A stretch of DNA of 64,000 nt from Lama guanicoe (lineage: Eukaryota). Below, piece by piece: positions 11,901 to 24,945 of this stretch. The stretch is taken from assembly GCA_013239625.1 (NCBI GenBank), contig MU056703.1, positions 919,185-983,184 of the forward strand, written 5' to 3'. Made by a program: the position numbers and the translations under genes. Every line of letters begins with the position of its first letter. Position 1 is the first letter of the stretch. The notes under the pieces are model-generated. The model did not search any database and was not told the origin of the DNA. It worked only from the letters and a program-made list of their open reading frames with translations.

Positions 11901-13659
11901 TGCTCGCTGTTTATGCCCTCAGGGCTCAGGCTCCTACTTAGAAACTAGGGGTGACTATAGACCTTCCTAGGGCTCACGTGAAATGGGAGGTTTGACGGAG
12001 AGCACCTTGTCCAGTTAAGAAAAAGGAAGGAAAAAAAGACCCAGAAGAGCCCTGCTGGTCCGTTAGCGGGAGGCCGGCGTGGGCGCCGCAGAGGACGCGA
12101 CCTGAGCCAAGCTGCTTCAGCACGGACGCGGGCTCTCGGGATACCGCCGTGTCTCAGTGACCGCGGGCGTGTTTGCAGCTCATGATTCTCCACAGCGGCC
12201 TTTATCGTGCCGTCGGCCCAAAAGGGGGAATGATTATGATTTAGAGCATAAGTTTTTCAGACTGATCCCAGAATCACAGGCTTGGAGGGGCCTCGGAAGG
12301 CTGTCTGGTTCCCTCTCTGGCCCCCAGGCTGGATCGCACTGGAAACGTCCAGGACAGACTGATCGCGTCCTGATCCATCATGATAATTGTCCGTCATAAC
12401 AGTCACCACCAAGCAGACGCTACGGCTCCCTTAGTCCCACTCAGACTCCTTACTCTGCCCTCACCTGTAAAAACTTAAGATATTCCTTGTGTTTTAACCA
12501 TAATCATAGCCTTGGGAATTCTTCGCCAAAATCTTGTGACTGTCTTTTCTGCTATGTTTTAGCTCAACGTCCTCTTACTTTGTGCTCAAACCCGTGGGGC
12601 GTGTTTGTTCACTGCTCCTTGCCCGTGATTTTATGTGTCTGCAGCTATGAGGAAGTCTCCCAGGGTTCGCATACCATGTGTTTTTATGACAAAGAAAAAT
12701 ATTCACAAAATGTGGTTAAGTGAAAAACTAAGCTCACATTCCGGGGGAAAACCGGCGATAAAGGGGAAGACAAGGTAGTTAAATAGCCAGATCCCAGCAC
12801 ATGGGGGAGGACGACCCGTGCAGACGTTCACCATTGCCGTCGCGGTCCCTGCTGTCAGAGCGCAGGGCCATCTGCTACGTTGCTTCCCCCCGTGTTTTGA
12901 AAGCTCTGAATGTACTTGGGAATTACAGCATTAATGCTGTAATAAGTAGACTATTAAAATACAAATGAATGAAGAGATTGATTGAAGTCAGAGACCGAGG
13001 AAGCATCCTGAGACTGAGTGGAGGCAGGCGGGCAGGTTCCAAATCAGTGGGACTGCGCCCACTGCACTGTTCTGTCTGGACCGGGTGGTCACAGGCTGTG
13101 GGAGGAGGAAGGGAGGCGCAGCTCATCCTCTGTCTCCAAATGAGTGACTCTCTCCATTTCCAGACTCTCTGTTGGGACCAGAATGACCGCCTAAATGACC
13201 AAATAGCCCAGTGTGTGTTAACATCCAAAGGTCTAGTTTTAGCCAACAGGACTATATTCAGCAATCAGCAGGGCTGTGGTTAAGGTTTGGCTTGAAGAGG
13301 GGGAGATGGATTACGACGGCTATACCCACTTTGTAGCATTTGTCCCCTGTCCATGGCCAATTTCCAGAGTCAGTTATGGTGCAAACCGGAGGGCAGTGTG
13401 CACCACTGGGCTTCGTGAGCTGGTGTGAGCTGGTCCCAGCACCCTACTGGACACAACTCCAAGGCTGCTGCTGAGGATTTCCTGAATTTCAAGCTGTCTG
13501 TAAAAGCAGAGGGGCTGTGTGTAATCAAAACTTGTGTTACAAGTCAAAGAAGACCTAAGTGGAAAGCCACGCTGCATTCAAGGACTGGAGCGTCCCACCC
13601 AGCAGAGGTGCCATTTGGCCCCGGCACAGTCCCTGCCCACTGTAATGCAGGCTGTGCAG

Positions 13660-13752
13660 ATATAGGCACGTTTATTCTAAAACTGATACGGAAAGTAAAA
13701 GAACCTCAAAGAGTCCGCACAATTTTGGAAAAGAAGAATAAAGTGAGAGTAC
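13660..13752 (+). mobile_element. LINE-1 ORF2 fragment
   Basis: Translates DIGTFILKLIRKVKEPQRVRTILEKKNKV, matching L1 ORF2 DIDKLILKFIWKxKxPRIAKTILKKKNKVGG. Confidence 0.85.
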
Positions 13753-16428
13753 GTGCTTACAACAGCAGCCTAACTTCCTCCCCAAACCTCCCACGCCTCC
13801 GGTGTGCCCTCTTCTAGGTCAGAAGCCAGGCGGAGGCACTACCCTGGGCAGCTCTGAGCGGGGACGGTGGGGGCGCCAGGACAGAGCAGAGGACGAGGCT
13901 CGGCAGGACAGCAGAGCTTAGCGCGTGGGCAGGGTCCCCAGGGCTCCCCGAGACTGCACTGGGGCCCAAGAGCAGGAGGGGAGCGGCAGCAGAGGGAGGG
14001 AGGAAGACCGATCCCTCCCGCGCTGTCCTCCACTCTGTTCCTCCGAGGGCCCCAGGGTCTCAGCTGTCACTCCGGAACAGCCGTCCCCTCCCTCTGCTCT
14101 GCAGACTTCAGCCCCTGGCAGCACCCCGCCAGCGTGCAGGCAGCCACGGCCGCAGGATCATATGAATAAATAACCTGACTCAGAAACGTGGCACACTTGG
14201 CACAGGGCAAATGGCGCGTGTTTCCCTGAGTGTGAAAATACTGTCAGGGATAACATATTTTTGCAGTGGAGACAAGCTGCAGAAATGGCACACAAATGCC
14301 ACCCCAGCACTTCCCGTGAAGTGCGTTCTGAAAATCAGCTCTCGCTTCCTGCCGTGTCTGCGCGTGGCTCTTACAAAAGTGTCAGTGTTTATATGCCTAC
14401 TGAAGTCATCGGGAAGTAACCGGGGCAGTGGCCCCGGCACAGTTAATCTGCAAGGAGAAACGGAGAGCTGGAGCAGGGATGAAGTCTCTGTCTCAGAGGA
14501 GGATTTCCTCTACTTTTGGAAGAACAGGGGACACAGGAGGAATGTCTTAGATCTAAATTTTTCTCTTCCAAGCTGGTTTTCTGGACACGTGTCAGCAGCC
14601 CTGCAGTGGGTGACAACACAGGTTGTCTCCTGTCTACGGGAGCCGTACCCCCCGCTCAGGCAGGGCCTCCGGGTAGCACCTCCCAGCACAACGTGCAAGG
14701 GGTAATTACCGTCTGTGCGCGTCCGTCCTTGGAAAGTGCTTGGCGCCAAGCGTGGCGCACCACCAGCCAGCCATATGGCGCTGCCTCTCCCACGGCGGAG
14801 TTTTTATTCAGAAGTTACCGTGCAGGCCTTGATTTTTGGCTGCCTGCTTCCCAAAATCTGCCTTGTGAGGCCTCCTTGCTGTGGTGCAGGGAAAATGGTT
14901 CATAATTGAACCAAAGAGATTCTTTTAATGAACTCGCCCCAGGGGATACCAGGGCCTTTTTATGAGCAGGTTTAATGAATCACAATGAAGTTCATCACAG
15001 GAGACACGTGGATCCCTGCAGAGAAGACAGGAAGTGGACTAGCGCACCCTCGGGTGGGCAGGGGCCCAGGGGATCATCCGGAGCACAGGGCACAGAATGA
15101 AAAGAGTGAGTGTCCTGAGTGGAGGGCTGTGTAAATACAGCACACGCGACCCCTAAAGGCGCGTTCAACAGAAATGCGGTTCTGTGTACAGATGACCTCC
15201 GGCACTTCTCTATCAGCGCTCTTACAGCTCGTTTTCAGACTTTGGTTCTTAAACAAACAGTTCCTTCCCCTGAGGACTATTCAGATGTCCACTCGTGCTG
15301 TGGTCTTTTCCGGCCCCCAGCCCCGAGCCCCCAGCACTGCAGGAGCCATCCGAGGGCACTGCCTCTGCCACCAGACAGACCCGGACGCCCTGAGATCGGG
15401 GACGCAGAAGGCGTGGCCTCCCCGCGAGGGTCTCGAACCAGGAGAAGGCCAGTGAGCAAGCCATCACATAGCACGTTCTCATAGGCTGGAGTGAGCGCGG
15501 AGAGCGCTGTACCACCTGGTGGAGACGGACCGGGGCTCATGGAACTTACACTTGGTGCGAGACGTCGGGTGACGCCTGCCCACCAGCGACACTCTGATGT
15601 TCCTCCGCCCTGCGTGGCGTCCCAGAAACTCAGCCGCGTGGCCTGCAGGAATGGGCCCCCAGCTCTGGCTCTGGGGAGCCCTAGGGGGGACGGCAGGGGG
15701 GTCTCAGAGCAGAAGGAGGGGGGAGTAGGGTGCTCATGCCCCTGCCCCCACCCCGTGTTGGCCCCTAAGCTCCTGCCCCGCTGGGACCTCATCCTCTCCA
15801 CACCTTGGTCTGGGGCCCCTCTGATAGACCTCTTAGCTATGCGGCTCTAGGCGCCCCGTTTCTGAACTGGAGGAGAGCAAGCAGAGCAGGGAGTGGTGTG
15901 CGGGTGGTGGGGGGAGCCCGCTCTCTGATGGCTTTGTGAGGAAAATCAATAAACATCCTTCTTATTTGTCCAATGGTTTGTGATAATCAGTACAGCTGGA
16001 TAGGAGCAAAATACCAATCAATGAATCAACCTCTAATAACCATTTAAATGGAAGAAAGACAATAGCAAATAGAATAATTTCATGAAAAATAAGTATTTTT
16101 ATTTAAATATTGCACAAAGTTCAGAAATGAATTAGATTGCCTCAGTGGAATTCGTTTTCTCTATGCAAATTTGTCAATCTTGCCAAAAATTTAATTGAAT
16201 TATGTTTTTACATAGATGGAATGTGTATGAACACAGGAAATCTGAGAGTTTATATACACATATATACAGAGATTACAATATTTTTTTCTTCAAACACTAA
16301 TTTTGGCTTTTGTGTACATACACACAAGTTGTTTTAGTAAAACGGAATTCAATCACTGAGGGTGATGAGATTAATAGTCCCTTTGCATTTCAAGTGAGAA
16401 ACCTCTCCCTCCGGTAACGGCAGGTTAG

Positions 16429-16706
16429 TGCTGTGGGCTGAATGGTGCCCCCCCCACCAGCTTTACATGTTGAAACGCTAACCCCCTTGCACTTCAGAGT
16501 GCAACTGCATTGGAAGGTAGGGTCTTTAAAGAGAAGATTAAGTTAAATTGAGGCCACTAGGTCCTAATCCAATATGGTGTCTATAAGCACAGGAAGTTTG
16601 GACACAGACCCCAGGAATACGTACACACAAAGGGGAGACCATTCGGACACTCAGTGAGAAGGTGGCCATGTGCACGGCGAGCAGCGAGGCCTCAGGAGAG
16701 ACAGCA
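16429..16706 (+). mobile_element. MaLR LTR (MLT1B-like), 3'-truncated
   Basis: TGCTGTGGGCTGAATGGTGCCCCCC...TAGGGTCTTTAAAGAG...ATTAAGTTAAATTGAGG...CCTAATCCAATATG...GAGAAGGTGGCCATG...GAGGCCTCAGGAGA. Confidence 0.85.
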
Positions 16707-16799
16707 GTGTGCATTCTTTCTAGAGAATAAAGCAGCATTCTGGGCAGCAGATTGGCTTTCATACTTTTCATACACACTGTCTAGCATTCAATCAGAAAT

Positions 16800-17140
16800 A
16801 ACAGAGCAGAAAACAAAAATGAAGTGAAACAGTGAACAACAGAAACGGGACTCGGGTGAAACCGTCAGCAGACACGATTCATGTGTTTAAGGAGCGAAAA
16901 GAGGAGTCAGAGAACGAGGAGTTACCAGCAAAGAACCAGAGGCAGATTCTAGAACAAAAAGCACAGTAGCCACAATTAGTGACAGCAGCTGAGGGAAGGT
17001 GAGGAGAAGCTAGTGAGCTGAAGACAGGTCAAAAAAATCGTGCAGCGTGCAGGACAGAGAGGCACGTGTAAGTCGGGTTCCAGCAAGAAGAGAAAAGGAG
17101 GGAGAACATTTTCTGAAAAAAATGAAACTGACAATAAAAC
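16800..17140 (+). mobile_element. old LINE-1 ORF1 remnant
   Basis: A-rich; AAAGAACCAGAGGCAGATTCTAGAAC...TAGTGAGCTGAAGACAGGTCAA...GTGTAAGTCGGGTTCCAG...AACATTTTCTGAAAAAAATG resembles the L1M ORF1 coiled-coil/RRM start. Confidence 0.6.
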
Positions 17141-19774
17141 ACCGAGCCCCAGGGTCAGAGTCAGACAGAGCCCAGCCAAGCAAAACCAGCCCGAAGTGCA
17201 GGGCGGCCCCCGAGTCGCCCTCCTGAGGCGCCGGGCCTGGTGCGCGCCCGCCGCCGGCTGAGGGCTCTCGGGAAGCGAGCCCCTCTGACGTCTGCTCTGT
17301 GTCCACGGGGGACTGACGTGTCCCCGGACACTGGAGAAGCCGCTCACGCACTGAGCAGGGACCTGCCGCACGTGCTCAGGCGGAACGCCGTCCTCGGCAC
17401 CACAGTTGAGTCAGGGCCACCCGTGGGCTGAGACGTGGCCCGAGGAGCCAGACGTGTCTGCCATGCACCTCGTTCAGAGCTGTCGTTTAAACAACGGCTG
17501 GTACCGTCTCAGGCCTCCGCGTCCAGCTGACCTCTTCACAAGGTCACAGCCTCTGTCTGTGTCGGAGGCTGGGCCTCCGACCGTCACTGGTAATGTACAC
17601 TGCCCCCGTGACAGGAGCGCTGTGCTGGACAAGTGTCGGAGCACTCCAGGCAGGCCCAGGGAACGTCGAGAAGGGACATTGGACGGATTCTGTCATGAGC
17701 AAAGCTGTCACTGCAGGAACTAAATGGATCCTTGGAGTCGTGCTAATCAGCATCAAAGAATGCTTCCTGAACATCTTGGGGAACAGATGAGGGCTTCGTC
17801 CTTACCCACTGGGAGCTTAGGATCAGTGGCTTAAACCACTCCCATTTGTCTGGCTACTGACTGTTTCTCTGACTTTTGCCAAATTTATCCAAACCTGAAG
17901 TGAATTGAAAAAGCGGCATTTCGAGCAGTTTTTAAAACAGCTAGGGGAGAAAACACGAGCAGGAAACCCTGAATCGGGTGCCACCAGCTGAATCTGCCAT
18001 CGCGCCCTGCTGTGGAAGGTGACATCCTCAAGCCAAGACTTCAATCTCTCGCAAACCTGGCAGGAGCGCAGAGCCACCTGTGATTTCTTCTTTTTTATAT
18101 AACCAGCCAAATTAATTCTAAATGAGCGATAAAAGCAAAAGGTTTGCAGCCAGGCACCCCCAGGGAGGACGTCTCTCCAAGCTCACTGGCACTTTGTATT
18201 TCTGCCCTTTTCCGCTTTGGCATGCTGGATCGTATGCACGTCGTATTTGTAAAGAGGAAAAGTCAGGAAAGGCGTTATTTGGGGAGTAAGTTTTCCTCGA
18301 GAGAAAGGTTGTCACAGACAGTCTGCTCAGATCAAAGACAGGCTTCGTGCTGAGCCCCGGCTCCACCCGTGCGACTGCTGGCGCCGGCCGGACGGTATTT
18401 CGTGTGATGCCCCTTTTATTCATTTATTTTTTTGGCTGCCTGTACCTTCCGCACAGGTATGAGTCTTACTGCACTGAATGCCTGATACTTCGGTCACAGG
18501 AAGCTCTTTCTCCATCATGAACTATTTCAAGCCTCATGAAAAGCCATGGAGAAAATGGAATGAAGACTCAATACCTCGCGTCATTAAAAGCAGCAGTTTG
18601 CATCATTACCTTAGATTTTATTATTTTAAAGAAATAGATCAGTACAGTTACCGTTTAAATCTCCCATCTCTGCGTCTCCAGTTCTTCCATGCGATCTTTT
18701 CTGAACGAGAACGCCTTCCACGGTTGGGTATTTATTCAGCCCCAGTACTGCTGTGGCGTTTCTGCATCATGTGAGGGCGCATATTCATAAACAGGGCGTT
18801 AAAATTTACCCATACAGCCTGAGCCCACAGCATCCTGCAGCTTACGCTGTTTATTCCGTATTTTCTATGGTTTATCTATTCTGACCCTTTAGCTCCAATT
18901 CACTCATTTTAACAAACAGAGAATTCTGTTGTAGAAAGGCACCGTCTGCGAGGACCCATCCTCCTGCCCGGAGACGCGGCTTCCCTCCAGGACAAGTCGG
19001 ACCGAGGCCAGCGTCCTGGGACACGTCTCCGTGTGCACGTGCGGAGCTCCTCCGGGGAGCACGCCTGCAAGCCCTGCGTCTGGCCCACAGGCCTGCGCCG
19101 TCAGGTGTATGAAACGCCGCAGGAGCGCCCCCCAGAGGAGCGAGGGCCTCCCGGGAAGCTCCCCGTGGTGTCTGACCGGACGTGTCCGGGACAAGCAGGC
19201 ACGTCCGCCTCCAGGCCAGCCAGGTCACAGCCGGGCAGGGGGCGATCATAACTTAATCAGCAGCCTGCGGCACAGCGTGCCGAGGTCAGCGTGCCCACGG
19301 GAGACCCGCCGAGCTGGAAGGCGTTCGGGGTTTTGTGTGAGGAAACAGTTAATCCCAGTCACGTGAGCTGGCAGACAAGTGGTTGCCCAGCTGGTGTGCA
19401 CCCAACACGCGCCCGTCTGAGAGTCAGCCCACTCCGTTATGTAATGAACTGCACTCTGTGCGTTTAATTGGATTGTCAGCGTCCAGCACGTAGGGTTTTA
19501 CTAATTTAATAGCATCTGATTAAATGACCCTCACCTTGTAGAAACAGCTTCTCCTTGTCTTTGAGCACGAGTGCTCCTGCCTTACTGCCCCCAACCCGCC
19601 AGGGCCGGGGAATCACAGGATACCGCAAGTGGGAGCCACCCAGGGAAGGAGGGAGATGCTCGGGGAGAGCGGGCAAGAGGGTGGCGGGACCCAGACAGCT
19701 GAGGACCAGCCCCGACCGGCAGGGGCCCGACTCCGGCTGCACAGATGTGGTCCCCGCACCTGGACCGCTGTGCA

Positions 19775-19850
19775 GCGTGGAGCAGGGCTCTGACCTCCCT
19801 GGCCCGGTTTCCTCCCCTGTAAATTGGAAACAGCAATAATCCTGCCAGCA
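19775..19850 (+). mobile_element. MIR fragment
   Basis: CTCTGACCTCCCTGGCCCGGTTTCCTCCCCTGTAAATTGGAAACAGCAATAATCC matches the MIR core CCTCAGTTTCCTCATCTGTAAAATGGGGATAATAAT. Confidence 0.65.
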
Positions 19851-19930
19851 GCCACTGAGTCATATACTTTAAATGAATGTATTTCACGGTATTTGAGTTA
19901 TGTTCTCATAAAGTTGAGTTTTTAAGAAAG
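19851..19930 (+). mobile_element. old L1M 3' terminus
   Basis: CCACTGAGTCATATACTTTAAATG...GGTATTTGAGTTATGTTCTCATAAAGTTG matches the L1M end CCACTGAATTGTACACTTTAAA...GTGAATTATATCTCAATAAAGCTG. Confidence 0.65.
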
Positions 19931-21461
19931 AACAAGAATGTTGGGGGCACCCATGTCTCCCTGGGGGGAGAGGCTGGGGTGTGTGCACTGCGGGGTGGGC
20001 GCACAGGCAGACGGGGACCCTTGGGAGGCAGGTCCACTGAGGGCCCTTCCTTTATACCATAGACTTGGGGGCAGCCGTGGGCAGTCTGCGCCGGACATCC
20101 TTCTCTGCGTTCACCAGCGTTCCCCTTGGATTTGAGTGACCACGTCTCAAACGGCACTAGGGTCTCAAAAGTCCCTCAGCCTCTGGCTTCTCTGTCTGAC
20201 TTTACAGTTGACTCAGGAACGAGGGGCGATTCCTCTCCTCTCTCTCTCTCCCCTTCTCTCCACTGCACCCAGCATCACGTGCTCCACCAAGGCGCTGTCG
20301 CAGTTCTTGCCCACGAAGGATGAGGGGGGATTCTTGTCAGTGCACATCACGCCAGTTCGGACCCTTCCATGAGGGACTCGGCAGAAAAAGAACAGACTCT
20401 CGTGAGGCTTCTGACCCCACACAGACACCGATCTGTGTTTCGTTCGCAGGACCGGGGCTGGTGGTGGCAGCCCTGCTCCCTGATCCACCACTTCCTGAAG
20501 GCCAGCGCCAGTGTCACTTAAAGTACCTGATCGTTCACATCCGCTCATGGGAAGTGGCTCAGGAGGCCCGGGCACCTCCCTTGTCTGGATGAGGCATGTG
20601 AAGGCGGTTGGTGCTTCCAGGAAAGATGCCCCATCCCCGGAGTGGGGGACAGGCCCCAGGTCTTTAAGAATGTCAGGGTGCTGTTCTGCGAATGAGGGGG
20701 GTCTGTCTTTCCCTAAAGGCAGAGCAGCGCCTTCACAGCCGTCTGGGAAGGGTTCCAGTCCCCTGCTTAGCTGTGCAGGGGCTACAGACAGCGGCCCCCA
20801 GTGACCACACGCAGTTGCTGTCCCCACGGGCACATCTGCCATCCAGTGACCTCACTGCCGTCAGTCACCCTGATGCTTCATGAGCCGGATGTATAAAACA
20901 CAGAGAGCCCGGAGACTCGCCGTTTTCCTGACGAGCTTTGGAAAGCCCTGTTTGAAAGCGTTTGGTTCCATTGCTTTTTCCGGGGAACAAACGAGACTGC
21001 GTGTGCCCGCTGCCCGAGGGGCGGCTCCTCGGCCCCACTGCCGTAACAGCACCAGCCCTCGCCCTCCCACCGTGAAGAGGGCAGAGGGACCGCGGCCGCG
21101 AGCCCAGTCCCCTTGACATCCTTTTGCCCCTGGAGTATATGGGGGGCCTTCCCCCTGGCTGGGGACGGCGCTTTTCCTGAGAACTGTTCCTTCACCTGAC
21201 AAGTCCTCCCCATCGACGTGTTCTTTTATATAAAAATGCGTCTCCTTTGTTGGACCAGAAAAAAAGTCAGGGTACAGGACGCCTGTTTCTCTGAGTCCGC
21301 CATCACTGACGTCCCCGGGCCCTGGAATCAGCGGGCTGGTGGTCTGCGTCTTCAGAGACCTGCGGGGCCACCACTGTCACGCAGAGATGTGCTCGTGCGG
21401 GCTGTGACTGCTCTTCCTTCTTGGCCGTTTGGGGGGTGGAAAATCTGACGTCGCCACTGCC

Positions 21462-21782
21462 CGCCATGTACTGAATGCTTGTGTCCCCCCAGAATTCATG
21501 TGGTGAAACGTAACCCCTAACGTGACGGTGTCAGCATGTGGGGCTTTGGGAGGTGATGAGGTCAAGAGGGTGGGGCCTCCTGAATGGGACCCCAGAGAGA
21601 CCCCCGCCCCTCCCTCTGCGTGAGGACACAGGGAGAACATGGCGTCTGTGAGCCACGACGGGCTCTCACCAGACAGCGACCCTGCTGGGCGTCCAGGCTC
21701 CAGAGCTGGAAGAAATAGTGTCTGTCACTCATAAGCCCCAGCCTGCAGCGTTCTGTTGGAGCAGCCTGTTGGGACCAAGACA
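21462..21782 (+). mobile_element. MaLR solo LTR (MLT1A0-like), both ends present
   Basis: CGCCATGTACTGAATGCTTGTGTCCCCCCAGAATTCATGTG...GGGGCTTTGGGAGGTGAT...GTGAGGACACAG...CTCACCAGACA...GCAGCC...GACCAAGACA; several short internal deletions. Confidence 0.9.
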
Positions 21783-23295
21783 GCAACCCTGAGCCAGCTA
21801 GGGACTCACAAGGATTACCTGGCACAGATTTAAAAGGACAGCACGTAAAACCAAGGCATCCAAACCCCATCGTGGCTTGACGGAGCACTGCCCTTGGCTC
21901 TTAGACCTGCATCTAACTGTCTGTCTACTACAATCTAAAACAACAAGAAAGTGTCACCTTGGTGAAAGTTGTTTTCTATTTTTATTGCATTGCGGGTAGG
22001 AGAATTGCTGTGTCCTCATTCTCATTTGCAATATTCCAAAGGAAAGCCAGGCAGAGCACGATGGCATCCAGACGCAGTCTCTCCATCCAATGTCACCCCA
22101 CGCTCTGGGACGATGCTGTAGCTGGACTGTCACTGCTGTGTGTTGGCCCTCCTGCCTGGGGCTGTGTCCTTGCAAGCCCGTGGGCGTGTTGAAACTCCAG
22201 GCCTGGGAAGGCCCCATTACTGGTCCAGCTTCCTCTCCAGCACCAGCAGCCCCGGCCCCACATGTGCTCCTGGCAGGGTCCCAGGGTGTGCCCTGGAGCC
22301 CAGGGGCCCATCCGGCCCAGTGACAGCACAGCGTCTCTGCGCCCAGCCTCCCCGCCCGGCAGCTGTCCTTCCTCGTTGCTGCACCCTGGTCATCCCCTCC
22401 CTGGGGAGATGGGGGAGTCTGTTCTTCGAGGATGGCTTGGGCCTCGTCCAGCCTCCGGACCCCAGTTGCCTGCTGCTCTGACAAGCTAGCTGCACGTCCC
22501 AGTCACATCTGCAGGCACTCAGGACAAACCAGAAGCTGCGTATTCCTTTGTGCTCTCCTGCAGAGCATAGACACCTTTGCAGAATGCATTTGGTAGATCA
22601 AGACTGTACGTGAATTTCTTCTGCAGTATTTTCCTTTCAAAAAAAAAAAATACATCCTTGATGAAGAAGCTTTTGAGACCAGACCCAGGCTGTTTCTTCT
22701 TGAACCCCCTCTTCCCAGCGTGCAGTAGGTCGCTGAGCCAGCTATTCACGGGAAGTAGTCACTGCTCCCTGCCAGCACCTGCGGGTAAAGAAGAGCAGGC
22801 GCCCGATTTCAGAGGATTTTGCTGATTAATTTTCTCACTACTTCCATTCAGCCTGCCTGCTTGGTCCGGAAGTAGGTGTCCAGACTAGGAAAAGAACAGG
22901 GAGGGGGGGCTTGAAAGGATGACAGCAACAGAGCGTGTCCCTGGGGGCATCTTGTAACGAGGGTCACTTCCACAGGTCTCCTCTCTGATTGGGACAGCTC
23001 GGACCCCGGCCCCTCGCCTCCACAAACCTGAGAGCCGGGGGCGGGGCAGCTGCTCCCACCTCCTCAGCGAGCAAGGGGCTTGGGTGCGGCAGGGAAGGTG
23101 CATGAGACATGCACCCCCCACCCCGATGAGAGTAGGAAAGCAATGAATTGTTACTTATGTTGTTGCTGTTCACAGCTTGCTCCCTGCTAATGGTTAATTG
23201 TGTAGAATCAACCCATCATTTACCACGGAAGCATATAAAAATCATCCCATGGCAGTGTTACTTAAAAATAATCCAGCCCCCCACTGCTCCACTCG

Positions 23296-23337
23296 ACACA
23301 CACATACACACACACACACGGACGGACGGACGGACGG
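23296..23337 (+). repeat. compound microsatellite (AC)n-(GGAC)n
   Basis: ACACACACATACACACACACACACGGACGGACGGACGGACGG seen directly. Confidence 0.9.
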
Positions 23338-23929
23338 TGTCCTCCTTAGTCTGACGTAAACCCTGTAACTTGAGATGCCGGCTTTTCCTCCGTGTGTGCT
23401 CTCAGTCCAAACAGTGCACTGATCTTGGAAGTTTCTGGAGAGAAGTGAGTCTGGGGAACAGCTCTGTTCATCTTGGGGCAAAACACCCTGCTGGGATCTC
23501 GGCCCTCTGGTCTGTTAACCTGACCTGCACCGCTTACCTCCAGAAGTTCTCCTGGAGACTCAGCGAGATTATGGTTTCACGATTTCTTCCGTAACTTACA
23601 AGCTGCACTCAGATATTGTGCAGTTTACTGCTGTTTTGCATCAGATGAAGATGGAGTATCTTACGTGTTTGACATTCCATGTACCAGGGCATTGAAATAA
23701 CTTACGGTAAAAAAATCTGTCTGGTGGCTTTTATTCTCTGTCTGAATAATGTCTGTTTCCTCGCCAGTTACTGTGAAATCAAAGTGGCAGCCGTATTTCT
23801 CCTCACTTTGCGGTGATAAATGCGACTTGTGCTTTGTGTTACACTTACGGGCAGTGCGGTGCCCTGATACCGACGGGCAGGGCTGGCCACCGCTGACACC
23901 GCGAGGGCTGCGCTTGCTGGACGCTGCCC

Positions 23930-24112
23930 TGAGCCGGCACAGACTCGCTCTTAGTCCTCCCAGCAGCCCTCGGAGACGGGTTCTGTCACCCCGCTTGCAG
24001 CGGGGGAAGCTGAGGCCGGAAGTTCCGTTAGCTTCTTTACGGTTGCACGGCCAGCAGTGACAAAGCTGGGACGTCACCTGGACAGTCGGATGCGCGACTC
24101 TGCGTTCCTACC
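23930..24112 (-). mobile_element. MIR SINE, strongly GC-shifted
   Basis: CTTAGTCCTCCCAGCAGCCCT...CCCCGCTTGCAGCGGGGGAAGCTGAGGC...GTGACAAAGCTGGGA versus consensus TTAATCCTCACAACAACCCT...CCCATTTTACAGATGAGGAAACTGAGGC. Confidence 0.75.
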
Positions 24113-24913
24113 CAGACGCCGCTCGGACCCCTGCTTTTCTGTACTATCAGGAAGCCAGGTTGGTTTGTATTGTTGGGTGTGGCAACTTCCAAATTGCCCT
24201 GTAACGACCTAGATCAGTTCAACCCTTATGAAACTTCATCAGAGGAGAAACAGAAGTTTACTCTGTTTTAGAGAAGGGAAAAAAATGCCTTTAAAAATGA
24301 AGTTATTTGTCCACAATAATAACCCTGGGATTAGGAGCTGTGGTCTCTGATGCTTTGTGTGGCGCCTGTTCTGTGGCCCACTGCAGTGGTTGGCTAGGAG
24401 CCTTCTCAACCCAAGGGCCCGACAGAGGAGCAGGACTTCGGCTGAGGGGCACCTGGCCGGCCCCCGCTGCCCTGGCTTCAGGTCGTGACTCGCAGCCGCA
24501 TGGCTGTCTCGGTCGGCGTTGAGTCGGGAAGCCTGGCCTTTGGAGGAGGAAGAGGCTCGCACAGCTGTTGGAGAGACAGCTCTGTGAGGCCAGGAAGGCC
24601 CTTCAGGGATCTGGGAACCCAAAGGCCACAGGGACGCCGGTGCGCACTCAGGAACATGCCGATGGCCTTGCACCCCGACTGCTGGAGTGCGTCCCCGCCC
24701 AGCCCCCTGGGGTGGAGGGGCCTCTCCTGTCTGCGGCCTAGGGGGAGCCTAGTGGTGAGGGGTCTCAGGGAGGAAGATTCCAGGCTCTATCCGTCTCTGC
24801 CTTCAGGCAGGCACTTACAGGTGGGGTGACGCTGGCCTCTGCGCTGACAGGCGGCAGCTGACAGGATGGAGGAGGTGTGCGGAGTGCGGGTGCCCTGGGA
24901 CTCTCTGCAGGAA

Positions 24914-24945
24914 GCCCGGCCCAGCCCGGCCCGGCCCGGCCCCGG
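24914..24945 (+). repeat. (GCCCG)n pentamer repeat, ~6 imperfect copies
   Basis: GCCCGGCCCAGCCCGGCCCGGCCCGGCCCCGG. Confidence 0.8.

Noticed and set aside
23530-23660. Possible minus-strand exon ending at GAG|GTAAGC (similar donor at ~42700)
   Set aside because: Isolated donor motifs without a convincing acceptor or a recognisable translation.
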